Below, in pieces: positions 17,456 through 27,168 of a stretch of 64,000 nt of DNA. Made by a program: the position numbers and the translations under genes. Below the pieces are notes generated by a model. It saw nothing but the letters and a program-made list of their open reading frames with translations. It did no database searches and had not been told where the DNA came from. The stretch spans positions 186,001 to 250,000 of the IMG/VR virus record IMGVR_UViG_3300032562_000003. The stretch is one strand, 5' to 3'. Positions within the stretch are counted from its first letter, which is position 1; the number at the start of each line of letters is the position of its first letter.

Positions 17456-19465
17456 ATGGACATCAACGAACTTCATTCTTTTAAATTATCAGATGCGGTC
17501 AAATTCCACACCAAACTAAACCCAAAGCTTTGGAAGAATGACCAGCTTGATCCATTGGTCAGAGACCAATTATTAGTCATAGCAAAAGATTTTGTGAGCC
17601 AATTGGGCGTAGGTGATCTTGATGTGGTTGACGTAACTATATCTGGATCTAACGCAGCTTTCTCATATACTCCTCATTCTGACTTAGACCTTCACGTTGT
17701 TGTGAATATGAGCAAGCTACACGACGATGAAGTCTATCAGGAATTGTTCAGAGCAAAGAAAACTCTATATAACGATTCGCACGATATCACAGTGCATGGC
17801 ATTCCAGTCGAACTATATGCGCAGAATGCCGCAGAGCCGGTCGTATCATTAGGTGAATACAGCCTGCTTCATGACAAGTGGATCAAGATTCCTAAAAGAA
17901 AAACAGCCAATCTAGATCAAAATGCTACCAAAGCAAAGTACGATCAATTAACCGACCTAATCAGTCTAGCAGTAAAGACTAAAGATGAAGATCGTGTCAA
18001 CAAAGCTATTAAGCTAATTAAGAGATATCGCCAGGCAGGTCTTGACACAGGTGGCGAATTTAGTCCAGAAAATCTTGCATATAAAGCAATTCGTGCGCAA
18101 GGCGGAATCGATGACCTATATGCAGTGCGTGATTCTCTACACAGTAAAAAGCTAAGCATCGAAGAAGATGACCAGCTACTAGATAAACCAACCCTCACCG
18201 TAGATGAACTGGCTAGAAAACACGGTGTAGACCGAATGTCCATAGCAAAGCAACTGGACAAAGGTATAAAGGTCGAACTAGAACATACTAGTCATAAAGA
18301 CATTGCGCGAGAGATTGCATTGGATCATATCAGCGAGGATCCGAAGTATTATGACAAGTTAGCTAAGGCTTCTTTGGAGGAACAGACTTTAACTGAACTA
18401 GCAGATGCTCCTTATCCGTATACTCTAACTTCTAGCGGACCTCACATGCTAGAGTACCAATTTACAGCAGCAAATAATATAAAATATATAGTTGAACTTA
18501 AAGTTATGTACGGTGGAGTTAGTTTGCGATTTCATGCTGCGGGACAGTCTAGCAATGATGATAGATTTCGCATCACTAAAACCGGCGACTCTATTAAGGT
18601 AATGTCTACTATCGCTACAATTCTTCGTTCATACATAAAAGAAAATTCACCGTCTTCAATCTCATTTGGATGTTATGCAGACGAACCCACAAAGGTTAAG
18701 CTGTACACTAGTATGGCAAAACGTCTGTCAAAAGAGTTTCCATATGAAGTTGGTGGACCATATTCGTATAGAGATCCTACATACGGTAATTCTGTGGGAT
18801 TCAGATTGACCAAAAAAAAACAACAATCAGGTAACGTAAACAAAGACTCAGGATACATTCCAAACAGTGCCCAAAAGAATGATCCTGTATTATCTCTTGT
18901 CGATAAAGCAAGAGAAAGAATGGGCGAAGATGCATTATACGGTGGAAACTGTGGAATGTTCTCGTTGGCTTTAGCAAAAAAATTGAAAGAGGATGGAATC
19001 CCGGTCACGCTGGGTTTGCTGTTTAATGATGCTAATAATTTAGGAACCCCTTCTGATATTGTAGCCAACGAAGCTGACTTGTATCATGTTGTAGTTGAAT
19101 ATAACGGCAAATATTATGATGGCACAGGGGTCGTGACACCTAACACGCTGTTAGATATCGCCAAAGACCAGTACGGTGATGACAACCCGGGATGGTTTAC
19201 TGATGCTGATCCGTTTGATCCGAGCGTACAGCGAGTAATTCGTAGTGAAACAAACTGGAACAAGCCTGCGTCTACTTTCTATCAAGCGCTAACCGAAGCC
19301 TCAGGGTACATTCCAAGCAATTCCCAAAAGAACGATCCTCGTTTTAAAACCGCGCTTACGGTAGACGTGAAACCGAACGCAATAAAGAAAAATGCTAAGG
19401 CATTCGGATGGCTAACATCACGGGCAGGTATACCTCCACAAGCCAATCCTAACGGAAAGATTTAA
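17456..19465 (+). CDS. multi-domain head-type protein: Pol-beta nucleotidyltransferase + DUF5661-like + unknown + Cys-His-Asp hydrolase-like
   Basis: GSNAAFSYTPHSDLDLH; GIKVELEH...ALDHISEDPKYY; GGNCGMF...YHVVV...YYDG; TAAATA 17446-51. Confidence 0.6.
   Translation: MDINELHSFKLSDAVKFHTKLNPKLWKNDQLDPLVRDQLLVIAKDFVSQLGVGDLDVVDVTISGSNAAFSYTPHSDLDLHVVVNMSKLHDDEVYQELFRAKKTLYNDSHDITVHGIPVELYAQNAAEPVVSLGEYSLLHDKWIKIPKRKTANLDQNATKAKYDQLTDLISLAVKTKDEDRVNKAIKLIKRYRQAGLDTGGEFSPENLAYKAIRAQGGIDDLYAVRDSLHSKKLSIEEDDQLLDKPTLTVDELARKHGVDRMSIAKQLDKGIKVELEHTSHKDIAREIALDHISEDPKYYDKLAKASLEEQTLTELADAPYPYTLTSSGPHMLEYQFTAANNIKYIVELKVMYGGVSLRFHAAGQSSNDDRFRITKTGDSIKVMSTIATILRSYIKENSPSSISFGCYADEPTKVKLYTSMAKRLSKEFPYEVGGPYSYRDPTYGNSVGFRLTKKKQQSGNVNKDSGYIPNSAQKNDPVLSLVDKARERMGEDALYGGNCGMFSLALAKKLKEDGIPVTLGLLFNDANNLGTPSDIVANEADLYHVVVEYNGKYYDGTGVVTPNTLLDIAKDQYGDDNPGWFTDADPFDPSVQRVIRSETNWNKPASTFYQALTEASGYIPSNSQKNDPRFKTALTVDVKPNAIKKNAKAFGWLTSRAGIPPQANPNGKI
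18848..19339 (+). repeat. 39-nt direct repeat pair (18848-18886, 19301-19339) encoding SGYIP.(N/S).QKNDP
   Basis: 34/39 identical by manual alignment; brackets the Cys-His-Asp domain. Confidence 0.85.
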
Positions 19466-19466
19466 C

Positions 19467-20045
19467 ATGAAAATCAAAGATGTACTGAACGAAGGAATGA
19501 CGTTTAATCCTGTAGTAGAAAAATCTTTTACTAAAGGGGAACATGCCGGCGAAACGTATTGGACTGGTTCTGATTGGGAACGCAAAGAGAAACACGAATG
19601 TCCTGACTGCAAAGGTACAGGCAAGGGAACATATTCAAACGGCGAATTTCCTTGCGTATTCTGCGGCGGCAAAGGGTACGAAGAGGAAACTTTTTCAGAT
19701 GCGCCGGAGCTTTCGGTCAGTAACGCCAATGGTAAAATTATTCAAGAAATGTTAGGTTTGGATCCGGATTATTCAGGTGTCATTCATAATAAAGACTTAT
19801 CTAACATAATGCGTCGATTGATACTGCTTAAAAACAAAGGTGCTCAGCAGTACACCAGAGAGCCTAAACAAGAACGTGGCCCGACACATCAATGGACAGA
19901 TGACCATGGAATCACACATATAGGTCGCGGCCCAACGATGCACGACTATGGCCTCAGTCAAGATCAGATTAATAAGTACGTGGACAGACTCATTCAGATT
20001 ATTCAATTCGCACAAAAAAACAATGCGAGTTTGGGCTGGGGTTGA
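19467..20045 (+). CDS. protein with DnaJ-type zinc finger
   Basis: CPDCKGTG and CVFCGGKG. Confidence 0.65.
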   Translation: MKIKDVLNEGMTFNPVVEKSFTKGEHAGETYWTGSDWERKEKHECPDCKGTGKGTYSNGEFPCVFCGGKGYEEETFSDAPELSVSNANGKIIQEMLGLDPDYSGVIHNKDLSNIMRRLILLKNKGAQQYTREPKQERGPTHQWTDDHGITHIGRGPTMHDYGLSQDQINKYVDRLIQIIQFAQKNNASLGWG

Positions 20046-20076
20046 CATTTACCCAAATGCTTATTAATGTGCGGAC

Positions 20077-20346
20077 ATGATTACATTTCTAGACTCCATC
20101 GAAGCGCAGACTGTCCTAGTCGATCTAACTAAACAACTCAACCGACTTCCTTATAATTCCGACTTGCACAGGTTACATATTAATCTGTATGGTCTGATTT
20201 CAGAACTAAGCAAACTTGAGGTGTATGCAAGGAGAACCGGCCCCCGCTCTCGTTGGACTATCGCACGTAATAAGAAGAAGGCGGAGATCCAAACTGCCAT
20301 GTCCTACTTAGCTCAATTGCTACTCATTGCGCAGTTGATGGCTTGA
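20077..20346 (+). CDS. hypothetical protein
   Basis: 89-aa ORF in gap, TTGACA upstream at 20042. Confidence 0.6.
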   Translation: MITFLDSIEAQTVLVDLTKQLNRLPYNSDLHRLHINLYGLISELSKLEVYARRTGPRSRWTIARNKKKAEIQTAMSYLAQLLLIAQLMA

Positions 20347-20369
20347 AACATTCAGAAACAAAAAAGCGG

Positions 20370-20398
20370 TTGACTTAGCTTTCTAGCTGCGTTATTTT
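20370..20398 (+). promoter_or_regulatory. sigma70-type early promoter
   Basis: TTGACT-17 nt-TATTTT upstream of MoxR gene. Confidence 0.55.
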
Positions 20399-20469
20399 TA
20401 ATCATAGATTGACCAACAGGAAACAAATCTCAATCTCGTTTTTTAACAAACTTAAGGAGCTATATAAAC

Positions 20470-21570
20470 ATGTCTCGTGATATTGACACTCACACGATTA
20501 CTTCTACTCAGGCCCGAAAGGCCATCCTCACTGCTTTCAAGGCAAAGCGTCCTGTCTTCCTCTGGGGTCCTCCGGGCATCGGCAAGTCGGAAGTCGTTCA
20601 GGAAATCACTGACGAACTCGGTGGTATCATGTTTGATCTGCGTATGGCGCAGATGGAACCTACTGACATTCGCGGTATTCCCTTCTACAATAAGTACATC
20701 GGCAAGATGGATTGGGCTGAGCCCGTCGATCTGCCCAGTCAAGAAGTCGCCGATCAATATCCGATCGTCGTTCTGTTCCTCGATGAAATGAACTCTGCTC
20801 CCCCTTCGGTGCAAGCTGCTGGCTATCAGCTGGTTCTGAACCGTCGAGTCGGTAAGTACGTCCTCCCCGATAACGTCGTCATCGTTGCTGCTGGCAACCG
20901 TGACAGTGACAAGGGTGTCACGTATCGTATGCCCATGCCCCTTGCTAATCGCTTCGTTCACCTCGAAATGAAGTATGATTTCGCTTCTTGGCAGATTTGG
21001 GCGGTCAACAAGAACATTCACAAGGACGTTGTCGGCTATCTGTCTTTCTCTAAGCAAGACGGTTATGACTTCGACGCTAAGAGCTCCAGTCGAGCCTTCG
21101 CTACTCCTCGTTCTTGGACTTTCGTGAGCGATCTGCTCGTTGACGAACAAAACGTGGATAACGATACTCTGTTCAATCTCGTTGCCGGCGCGATCGGTGA
21201 TGGTCTCGCAACGAAGTTCATGGCTCACCGTCGAGTTGCTGGTCAGATGCCTGACCCGGCTGACATTCTTGAAGGTAGGGTCAAGGATCTTAAGGTCAAG
21301 GAAATCTCGGCTATGTACTCGTTGACGATCTCCATGTGCTATGAACTGAAGGACGCTCTCGAAAACAAGCGTGTGGACAACAAGAAGTTCCATGAAATGG
21401 GCAGCAACTTCATCGAATACATCATGAATAATTTCGAGACGGAACTGGTGGTCATGGGCGCTAAGATCGCCCTCAAGACTTACAAGCTGCCGCTTGAGCC
21501 CTCGCAACTGCGTAACTTTGATGAATTCTACAAGAAGTACGGCAAGTACATTGTAGAAGCTGGCAACTAA
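20470..21570 (+). CDS. MoxR-like AAA+ ATPase
   Basis: GPPGIGKS, LFLDEMNSA, AAGN, LANRFVHL; AAGGAG SD. Confidence 0.9.
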   Translation: MSRDIDTHTITSTQARKAILTAFKAKRPVFLWGPPGIGKSEVVQEITDELGGIMFDLRMAQMEPTDIRGIPFYNKYIGKMDWAEPVDLPSQEVADQYPIVVLFLDEMNSAPPSVQAAGYQLVLNRRVGKYVLPDNVVIVAAGNRDSDKGVTYRMPMPLANRFVHLEMKYDFASWQIWAVNKNIHKDVVGYLSFSKQDGYDFDAKSSSRAFATPRSWTFVSDLLVDEQNVDNDTLFNLVAGAIGDGLATKFMAHRRVAGQMPDPADILEGRVKDLKVKEISAMYSLTISMCYELKDALENKRVDNKKFHEMGSNFIEYIMNNFETELVVMGAKIALKTYKLPLEPSQLRNFDEFYKKYGKYIVEAGN

Positions 21571-21583
21571 GTCAGCGGCTCCT

Positions 21584-21617
21584 GGGGAGGGATTAGAGAC
21601 AGTCCCTCCCCTTTTTT
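21584..21617 (+). terminator. intrinsic terminator
   Basis: GGGGAGGGA/TCCCTCCCC stem followed by T6. Confidence 0.85.
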
Positions 21618-21627
21618 CTATTATCTA

Positions 21628-21656
21628 TTGCATATCATGCCGCATTCTGTTATATT
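21628..21656 (+). promoter_or_regulatory. sigma70-type early promoter
   Basis: TTGCAT-17 nt-TATATT. Confidence 0.55.
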
Positions 21657-21685
21657 GTCTTATAACTTAATCAAAGGACACATTC

Positions 21686-22975
21686 ATGAGCGCCGTAATT
21701 ACCCCTACTAAAAAGAGCAAGCGTACTCGCAGCAAGAAGTACGAAAATCTTATCGGTCCTATGGATCCTAAGATTGATGCTCAAGCCCGCGAACGTCTTG
21801 TTACGGCACGCATCGGTCTCCTTCTGCGTCATGCGTTTTTCGGCAACCTTGCTACTCGTCTTGCTCTTACTAATGCGGACGAATGGTGTCCGACTGCTGC
21901 GACCGACGGTCTGAGATTTTACTATAACTCTCGCTTCATCATGATGCTCAAGACGAAGGAAGTTGAATTCCTCGTTGGTCACGAAGTTCTGCACGTGGTC
22001 TACGATCACATGGGTCGTCGTGACAATCGTGATCCGGAAATCTGGAACATCGCTGATGACTATGCAGTCAACGCAGACTTGAAGCGTCACCGCGTGGGCG
22101 AATTTATTACTACTGTGCCTTGCTTGTATGAGTCTAAGTACGAAAACTGGGCCGCAGAAGCCATCTACGATGACCTCATGAAGAATGTCAAGTACATCAA
22201 TATTGAGGATCTCCTCGACAAGATGTTGGACGATCACGTTGACGGTGACGACGACGGCGACGGCCGCGCAGGCGGCGACAAACCTGGCAAGGGCCGCCCC
22301 AAGCTTTCTCAGGAAGAAAAGGACCGCATTCGTCAAGAGGTCCGTCAAGCGGTAATCAACGCTGCTTCTACGGCTGAGGCTGGCACTGTTCCGAAGGGCG
22401 TTGAACGCATGATCAAGCAACTGACTAGCCCGATCATGCCCTGGCGCGAATTGATCCAAACTAATCTGACCTCTGCTATCAAGTCTGATTATACTTGGAT
22501 GCGTCCTTCTCGTCGCAGCTGGCACATGGACGCTGTCATGCCCGGCATGAATCCTGGCGAAGAAATTGACGTTGACATTTATATCGACATGTCAGGTTCT
22601 ATCTCGCAGAAGCAAGGTATGCAGTTTCTTTCGGAAGTTGCCGGCATGATGGATGCGTTCGATGGCTACAGCCTTCGGGTCTCGACATTCGACACTAAGG
22701 TCTATAACACTCAAGAATTTTCTTCTGAAAACATGGAAAACATTGAGGAGTATCAACTGTTCGGTGGCGGTGGCACTGACTTTGACTGCGTATTCGATGA
22801 CCTTAAGGAAGCAGGACGAGTTCCGGCTCGTCTGATCGTCTTCACGGACGGGTATCCTTGCGGCAGCTGGGGCGATCAAAATTACTGTGATACGACTTGG
22901 ATCATTCACGGTGACCCCGATCCTCACCCGCCCTTCGGTCAATGGGCCATTTATGATGACCATCGCAAGTCCTAA
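21686..22975 (+). CDS. metallopeptidase-like (HExxH) + VWA domain protein (DUF2201-like), MoxR partner
   Basis: TAATDG, HEVLH, MIDAS-like DMSGS, GGGGTDF, VFTDG. Confidence 0.85.
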   Translation: MSAVITPTKKSKRTRSKKYENLIGPMDPKIDAQARERLVTARIGLLLRHAFFGNLATRLALTNADEWCPTAATDGLRFYYNSRFIMMLKTKEVEFLVGHEVLHVVYDHMGRRDNRDPEIWNIADDYAVNADLKRHRVGEFITTVPCLYESKYENWAAEAIYDDLMKNVKYINIEDLLDKMLDDHVDGDDDGDGRAGGDKPGKGRPKLSQEEKDRIRQEVRQAVINAASTAEAGTVPKGVERMIKQLTSPIMPWRELIQTNLTSAIKSDYTWMRPSRRSWHMDAVMPGMNPGEEIDVDIYIDMSGSISQKQGMQFLSEVAGMMDAFDGYSLRVSTFDTKVYNTQEFSSENMENIEEYQLFGGGGTDFDCVFDDLKEAGRVPARLIVFTDGYPCGSWGDQNYCDTTWIIHGDPDPHPPFGQWAIYDDHRKS

Positions 22976-23257
22976 CTTCAAGGGCATACTAAGCATCGGG
23001 GAAGTAATCTATGAATCCCCAGATAGCGGAAAGACGATCTACGCCAGAAAGCGTGGGTCGTCTGATCGCATTCTAGTACAAGATTTAAAATCTGAATTAG
23101 GACAGCAGAATCCGATTATAGAGCGCGTAAAAAACGTTGCGATATCATGTATGACATAGTAAGGCTAGCAGAAAACAACGTTGCACTAAACGACCAACTT
23201 GAAAAGCTGGAAATGTTATACGCACTTGTTAAGGCAGAAAACCGTGAAAACAATTGA
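22953..23257 (+). CDS. small protein requiring a -1 frame change at A_AAA_AAC (23129-23135)
   Basis: frame 0 IYESPDSGKTIYARK stops at 23159; -1 frame continues DIVRLAENNVALNDQLEKLEMLYALVK to TGA 23257. Confidence 0.6.
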
Positions 23258-23495
23258 CGACATTAACATAAATCAGTGGTTCATGGACCGAGAATTAAGT
23301 CATACCCCTGAACATTTTATAAGATCAAGCACTCCTTTTACTATCGAGTCGCGCATGTGGATTTTGGAAAGCCTTCAAGGCAGATTTTCTACACATTACC
23401 CCAACACATCGACCTATATTATGAATAGAATAGCACTTTGTCCATCGTTTGAAGATCCACAAGAAGCAGTGTTTTACGAACTCAAGTGGGGCTAG
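23244..23495 (+). CDS. small protein with C-terminal F.L.W-type motif
   Basis: likely GTG start 23244; ends SFEDPQEAVFYELKWG. Confidence 0.6.
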   Translation: MKTIDDININQWFMDRELSHTPEHFIRSSTPFTIESRMWILESLQGRFSTHYPNTSTYIMNRIALCPSFEDPQEAVFYELKWG

Positions 23496-24126
23496 GTCTT
23501 ACTAGTTCCCACCCTCCAGTAGCGTTAAGTCCTTTGTTATTTACAATACGACTAATTGCACCGGACTTGAGATTATAACATGTCCTTAATTGATAATTCG
23601 TCATTGATACTACCTCCCCGGTCATACGATTTTTCCAAGTTCTAACAGTATGGTCATACTGCGGATGTTTTTCTTTTTTCTTGGGGTCATTAACAAAATG
23701 ATGAGTCCCGGCAGCAAGTCTGTTTAATTGTCGTTTACTGGCAGCTTCCCTGTCCAACCAATTATGTGTTCCATTAAGAATGCGGTCTCTGTTTAGTTGC
23801 GCTTGGTGCTTGTTGGGCCCAACCCAAGGATGCTTGCCCGTTTTAACTAGCTTGTTAGCATTTTTTGTTGCGAGGGCTACTAGCTCATCGGGAAGTAAGT
23901 TGATCCTACTTGACATTTTTACACAAGCTGCCCAATCACCCTGTGAATAATGAATGTTGTAATGTTCTTGTATAGATACACATTTCAAGTTAGCAGGATT
24001 ATTATTGGAATGATTTCCGTCTATATGATGTATTTCATATGACCGACCCGACTCTTCCTTAGGAATTGGACCGTAGTGATGTTCATAGATATTACGGTAC
24101 TTGTTTGTACCACAATAAATACACAT
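23482..24126 (-). CDS. HNH homing endonuclease (paralogue of 13368..14030)
   Basis: YGPIPK...GRSYEIHHIDGNHSNNNPANL...HYNIHYSQGD; inverted relative to neighbours. Confidence 0.85.
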   Translation of the reverse strand: MCIYCGTNKYRNIYEHHYGPIPKEESGRSYEIHHIDGNHSNNNPANLKCVSIQEHYNIHYSQGDWAACVKMSSRINLLPDELVALATKNANKLVKTGKHPWVGPNKHQAQLNRDRILNGTHNWLDREAASKRQLNRLAAGTHHFVNDPKKKEKHPQYDHTVRTWKNRMTGEVVSMTNYQLRTCYNLKSGAISRIVNNKGLNATGGWELVRPSPT

Positions 24127-24194
24127 GCTGATTGCTACTTATAAGCTGTTAGAGTGAGTGGGTACTAGTAATACTGCGACTCACACTTATTTAT
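24124..24194 (-). promoter_or_regulatory. late promoter + conserved structured leader of HNH gene (copy 2)
   Basis: reverse complement ATAAATA-AG-TGTGAGTCGC...CCCACTCACTCTAA...ATCAGCATG matches copy 1. Confidence 0.7.
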
Positions 24195-24251
24195 CTTTTT
24201 TATACCAACACACCCTACTCACTAAATACTTTTAGCAAAGGAGAATTAATA

Positions 24252-24956
24252 ATGTCATTTATCCGCCATGTAGGGAAGCACGGAGACCGTAAGGTAGCAA
24301 TTGTATTTCGGGAAGTGCCCGGTGAACCCCATATGTGTCTAGTAGTGTATACGGAACTACTCAATCAGAATATTCACGATCCGATGATTCAATGCATCGA
24401 AAGCGATATTGGTCAAAGCAGTGAAGACCTAGCTAACGCACTTAACCGGTCTTACACCAAAGATGGACAACTTATTCTACAGAAGTTACATGCTGAAGGT
24501 ATGTTGAAGAAGGTTCAGACTGAACATATCGTTATGACACCTGCACCAAACACAAGAATCAAGCTCAATGAGCTTAATAAGATTCTAGACGAAATGAAGC
24601 AAGGTGAGCAAGCAGTAAAGAAGCTAGCTGAAATGGACAAGCAGATGGGTATGCAAGACCCAATGCAAGTCGCTAAGAGAATGCGCGGCGATAGTGAACC
24701 AAAGCCCACAGCACCAGTGGGGCTTCAAGCAAGCGGTGATGCTTTAGGTGATTCGGTATTAGCTAACAATCTTCGTCAACAAGCAGAACGCATGAGTGCA
24801 GAAGCTAAGGGGCTACTAACCGAAGCAGATCGGTTACTCAATGAAGCCCGGTCGTTAGATCCAACTGTAGTGCCACAAGCAACTACGGTTTCGGTAAAAA
24901 CATCCGAAGATAAGAAGACACGAGGTAGACCAAAGAAGGTCACCATTACCGCATAA
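24252..24956 (+). CDS. conserved phage hypothetical protein
   Basis: GGAG SD, TAAATA upstream, 234 aa. Confidence 0.75.
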   Translation: MSFIRHVGKHGDRKVAIVFREVPGEPHMCLVVYTELLNQNIHDPMIQCIESDIGQSSEDLANALNRSYTKDGQLILQKLHAEGMLKKVQTEHIVMTPAPNTRIKLNELNKILDEMKQGEQAVKKLAEMDKQMGMQDPMQVAKRMRGDSEPKPTAPVGLQASGDALGDSVLANNLRQQAERMSAEAKGLLTEADRLLNEARSLDPTVVPQATTVSVKTSEDKKTRGRPKKVTITA

Positions 24957-24970
24957 AGGCTAGTAAATAA

Positions 24971-25267
24971 ATGTCCCCTGAATTTATTCAAAAATGGGAG
25001 CGGTTAATTGAAGGTGTTGACAAGCAGACCTTTCCGTTACAGTTTGTCAAGAAGCTAATATTACGTTTACGCGGTAAAAAGCAACAGACAATTAATATTG
25101 CTAAGCTATTGGGTCAAGGAGTTGCTCCTGAGGAAATCGAAGAAGTGATAAGCAGAAAACTTATCGAACTTGGCGATGATGTGCTTAGTATTGAGTTTAT
25201 GTTAGATATACAAAGCATAGCAGAAACTGTTCAGCCTGAAACAGATAAACTATTGAATGGATTATGA
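24971..25267 (+). CDS. hypothetical protein
   Basis: 98-aa ORF coupled to DHFR. Confidence 0.7.
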   Translation: MSPEFIQKWERLIEGVDKQTFPLQFVKKLILRLRGKKQQTINIAKLLGQGVAPEEIEEVISRKLIELGDDVLSIEFMLDIQSIAETVQPETDKLLNGL

Positions 25268-25728
25268 AACTCAGTATTGCAGCGGACCCCAACGGTGGAA
25301 TAGGATATAAAAACAGATTGCCCTGGATTAAACTTCAGGGCGATTTGCCAAGATTTAAGTATTTAACCGATAACCAAACCGTAATTATGGGAAGAAACAC
25401 CTGGGATAGTCTTCCTATAAAACCGTTGTACAATAGGCACAATATAGTAGTTTCAAGTCAAACGTTTACCATGCCTGAAAAATCGGAATGCATTACATAC
25501 GCTGCCCTAATAAAAAACATGTCATCATTTGATGACGCATGGCTCATCGGAGGTGCTCAGCTTGTAAATGCATGTTGGGATTACGTAACCGAAGTTTATT
25601 TGTCTAAGACCTTTGCCCAATACGATTGTGATAAATTCATTGATTTGTTATACTTAACAGATCATTATTATATATTAGACAGCGATGTATTTCCTGACCA
25701 TGAGTATCAAATTTGGAAGCGTAAATGA
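25264..25728 (+). CDS. folA: dihydrofolate reductase
   Basis: GGIGYKNRLPW, DLPRFK, IMGRNTWDSLP, IGGA. Confidence 0.95.
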   Translation: MKLSIAADPNGGIGYKNRLPWIKLQGDLPRFKYLTDNQTVIMGRNTWDSLPIKPLYNRHNIVVSSQTFTMPEKSECITYAALIKNMSSFDDAWLIGGAQLVNACWDYVTEVYLSKTFAQYDCDKFIDLLYLTDHYYILDSDVFPDHEYQIWKRK

Positions 25729-26618
25729 AAGAATACTTAAACCTATTACAGGACATTTTAGATAATGGTGAATTACGAAATGACCGCACTGGTGTAGGCA
25801 CGATCAGTGTTTTCGGGCGCCAACTTCGCTTTGACTTGTCAAAAGGATTTCCGGCAGTAACGACAAAGAAACTTGCGTGGAACGCATGTAAGTCTGAATT
25901 ACTTTGGTTTTTAGAAGGAAGTAATGATGAACGAAGGTTATGTGAGATTCTACACGATACCAGAGAGTCAGGGTATAACACGATCTGGACAGGAAATGCT
26001 CAAGCAACTTACTGGGCAGATAAAAAGAGACACGTCGGAGACCTTGGACGAGTATACGGAGTCCAGTGGCGGCACTGGAGAACACCGCCGGATTACATCT
26101 ACGAACACGGAGACTTGCATGTCTCAAGTGGTCCAATTGCAGAAGTTGACCAAATAAAGAATCTAATCGAAGGCATCAAGAAAGACCCCAATGGTCGTCG
26201 CCACATCCTATCGGCGTGGAACGTAGGTGAATTAGATCAAATGGCACTTCCTCCGTGTCACGTTATGAGCCAGTACTATGTCAGTACGGGCAGAAAGCTA
26301 AGCTGTCATATGTACCAAAGGAGTGTGGATGTCTTTTTAGGCCTTCCCTTTAACATCGCAAGTTACGCTCTACTAACTAGCATGATTGCGCATGTATGTG
26401 ATCTGGAAGTAGGAGAGTTGATAATCTCTACTGGTGATACTCATATCTATCAAAATCATGTGGAACAAGTTAAGGAGCAGTTGTTAAGAGAACCGTATGC
26501 TTCTCCCATTCTTTATCTGAATCCAGATGTAAAAGATATTGACAAATTTACAATGGATGATATAGTGTTAGATGACTACATCAGCCACAGTACCATAAAG
26601 GCCGTTATGGCTGTATGA
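25725..26618 (+). CDS. thyA: thymidylate synthase
   Basis: DRTGVGT, ELLWF, LPPCH, YQRSVDVFLGLPFNIASY (Asn, dUMP-type), HIYQNH. Confidence 0.97.
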   Translation: MKEYLNLLQDILDNGELRNDRTGVGTISVFGRQLRFDLSKGFPAVTTKKLAWNACKSELLWFLEGSNDERRLCEILHDTRESGYNTIWTGNAQATYWADKKRHVGDLGRVYGVQWRHWRTPPDYIYEHGDLHVSSGPIAEVDQIKNLIEGIKKDPNGRRHILSAWNVGELDQMALPPCHVMSQYYVSTGRKLSCHMYQRSVDVFLGLPFNIASYALLTSMIAHVCDLEVGELIISTGDTHIYQNHVEQVKEQLLREPYASPILYLNPDVKDIDKFTMDDIVLDDYISHSTIKAVMAV

Positions 26619-26845
26619 AAACGAATTATAAGTATCTCATATATGAGTATTATTCTACTGCCTATGAACTTCCGGCGTCGTTGCAGTGGTGTTTGCCGCA
26701 AGATAAATCAGATTTCTTAGACCGTAATAGAATTGCGATAAATCATGAGCAATTACGGGACGCGCAGCGAGACCTAACAATACATAGAATATATGGAATT
26801 TTTACCCCTGAACTTTTAACTTTTTGGAAGCTTAAATTCGAATGA
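26615..26845 (+). CDS. small hypothetical protein
   Basis: coupled ORF; ends FTPELLTFWKLKFE. Confidence 0.6.
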   Translation: MKTNYKYLIYEYYSTAYELPASLQWCLPQDKSDFLDRNRIAINHEQLRDAQRDLTIHRIYGIFTPELLTFWKLKFE

Positions 26846-27168
26846 TTAACTTGACATTTAGCATCACTAATCCATTTTGGAATTCAGACTACTTTGCTTC
26901 TGTCTACGAGAAGCACGGCAAAATCTCCGAACATAAATGTTGGGAGATTCAAGGTATGAGAGACGATAGTATCCTAGCGGTTGATTTTAGAATCACATCT
27001 AGAGAAGATCATGCTGGTATTACTTTAGAATTGGGACTTGTGGGCCACCGTATTGCCTTCCAAATCTACGATAATCGGCATTGGAATTACGATGAACAAC
27101 GTTGGTACAATTACGGGGAAGAATTAGATGCCTGCGGAGTCGAAGATAATGAAGACGAGAAAACTTAA
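26842..27168 (+). CDS. hypothetical protein
   Basis: coupled ORF, 108 aa. Confidence 0.65.
   Translation: MINLTFSITNPFWNSDYFASVYEKHGKISEHKCWEIQGMRDDSILAVDFRITSREDHAGITLELGLVGHRIAFQIYDNRHWNYDEQRWYNYGEELDACGVEDNEDEKT

Noticed and set aside
20452-22996. Long minus-strand ORFs (20452..21507, 21671..22525, 22592..22996)
   Set aside because: Exact antisense shadows of MoxR/VWA genes caused by codon bias; no motifs, SD or promoter
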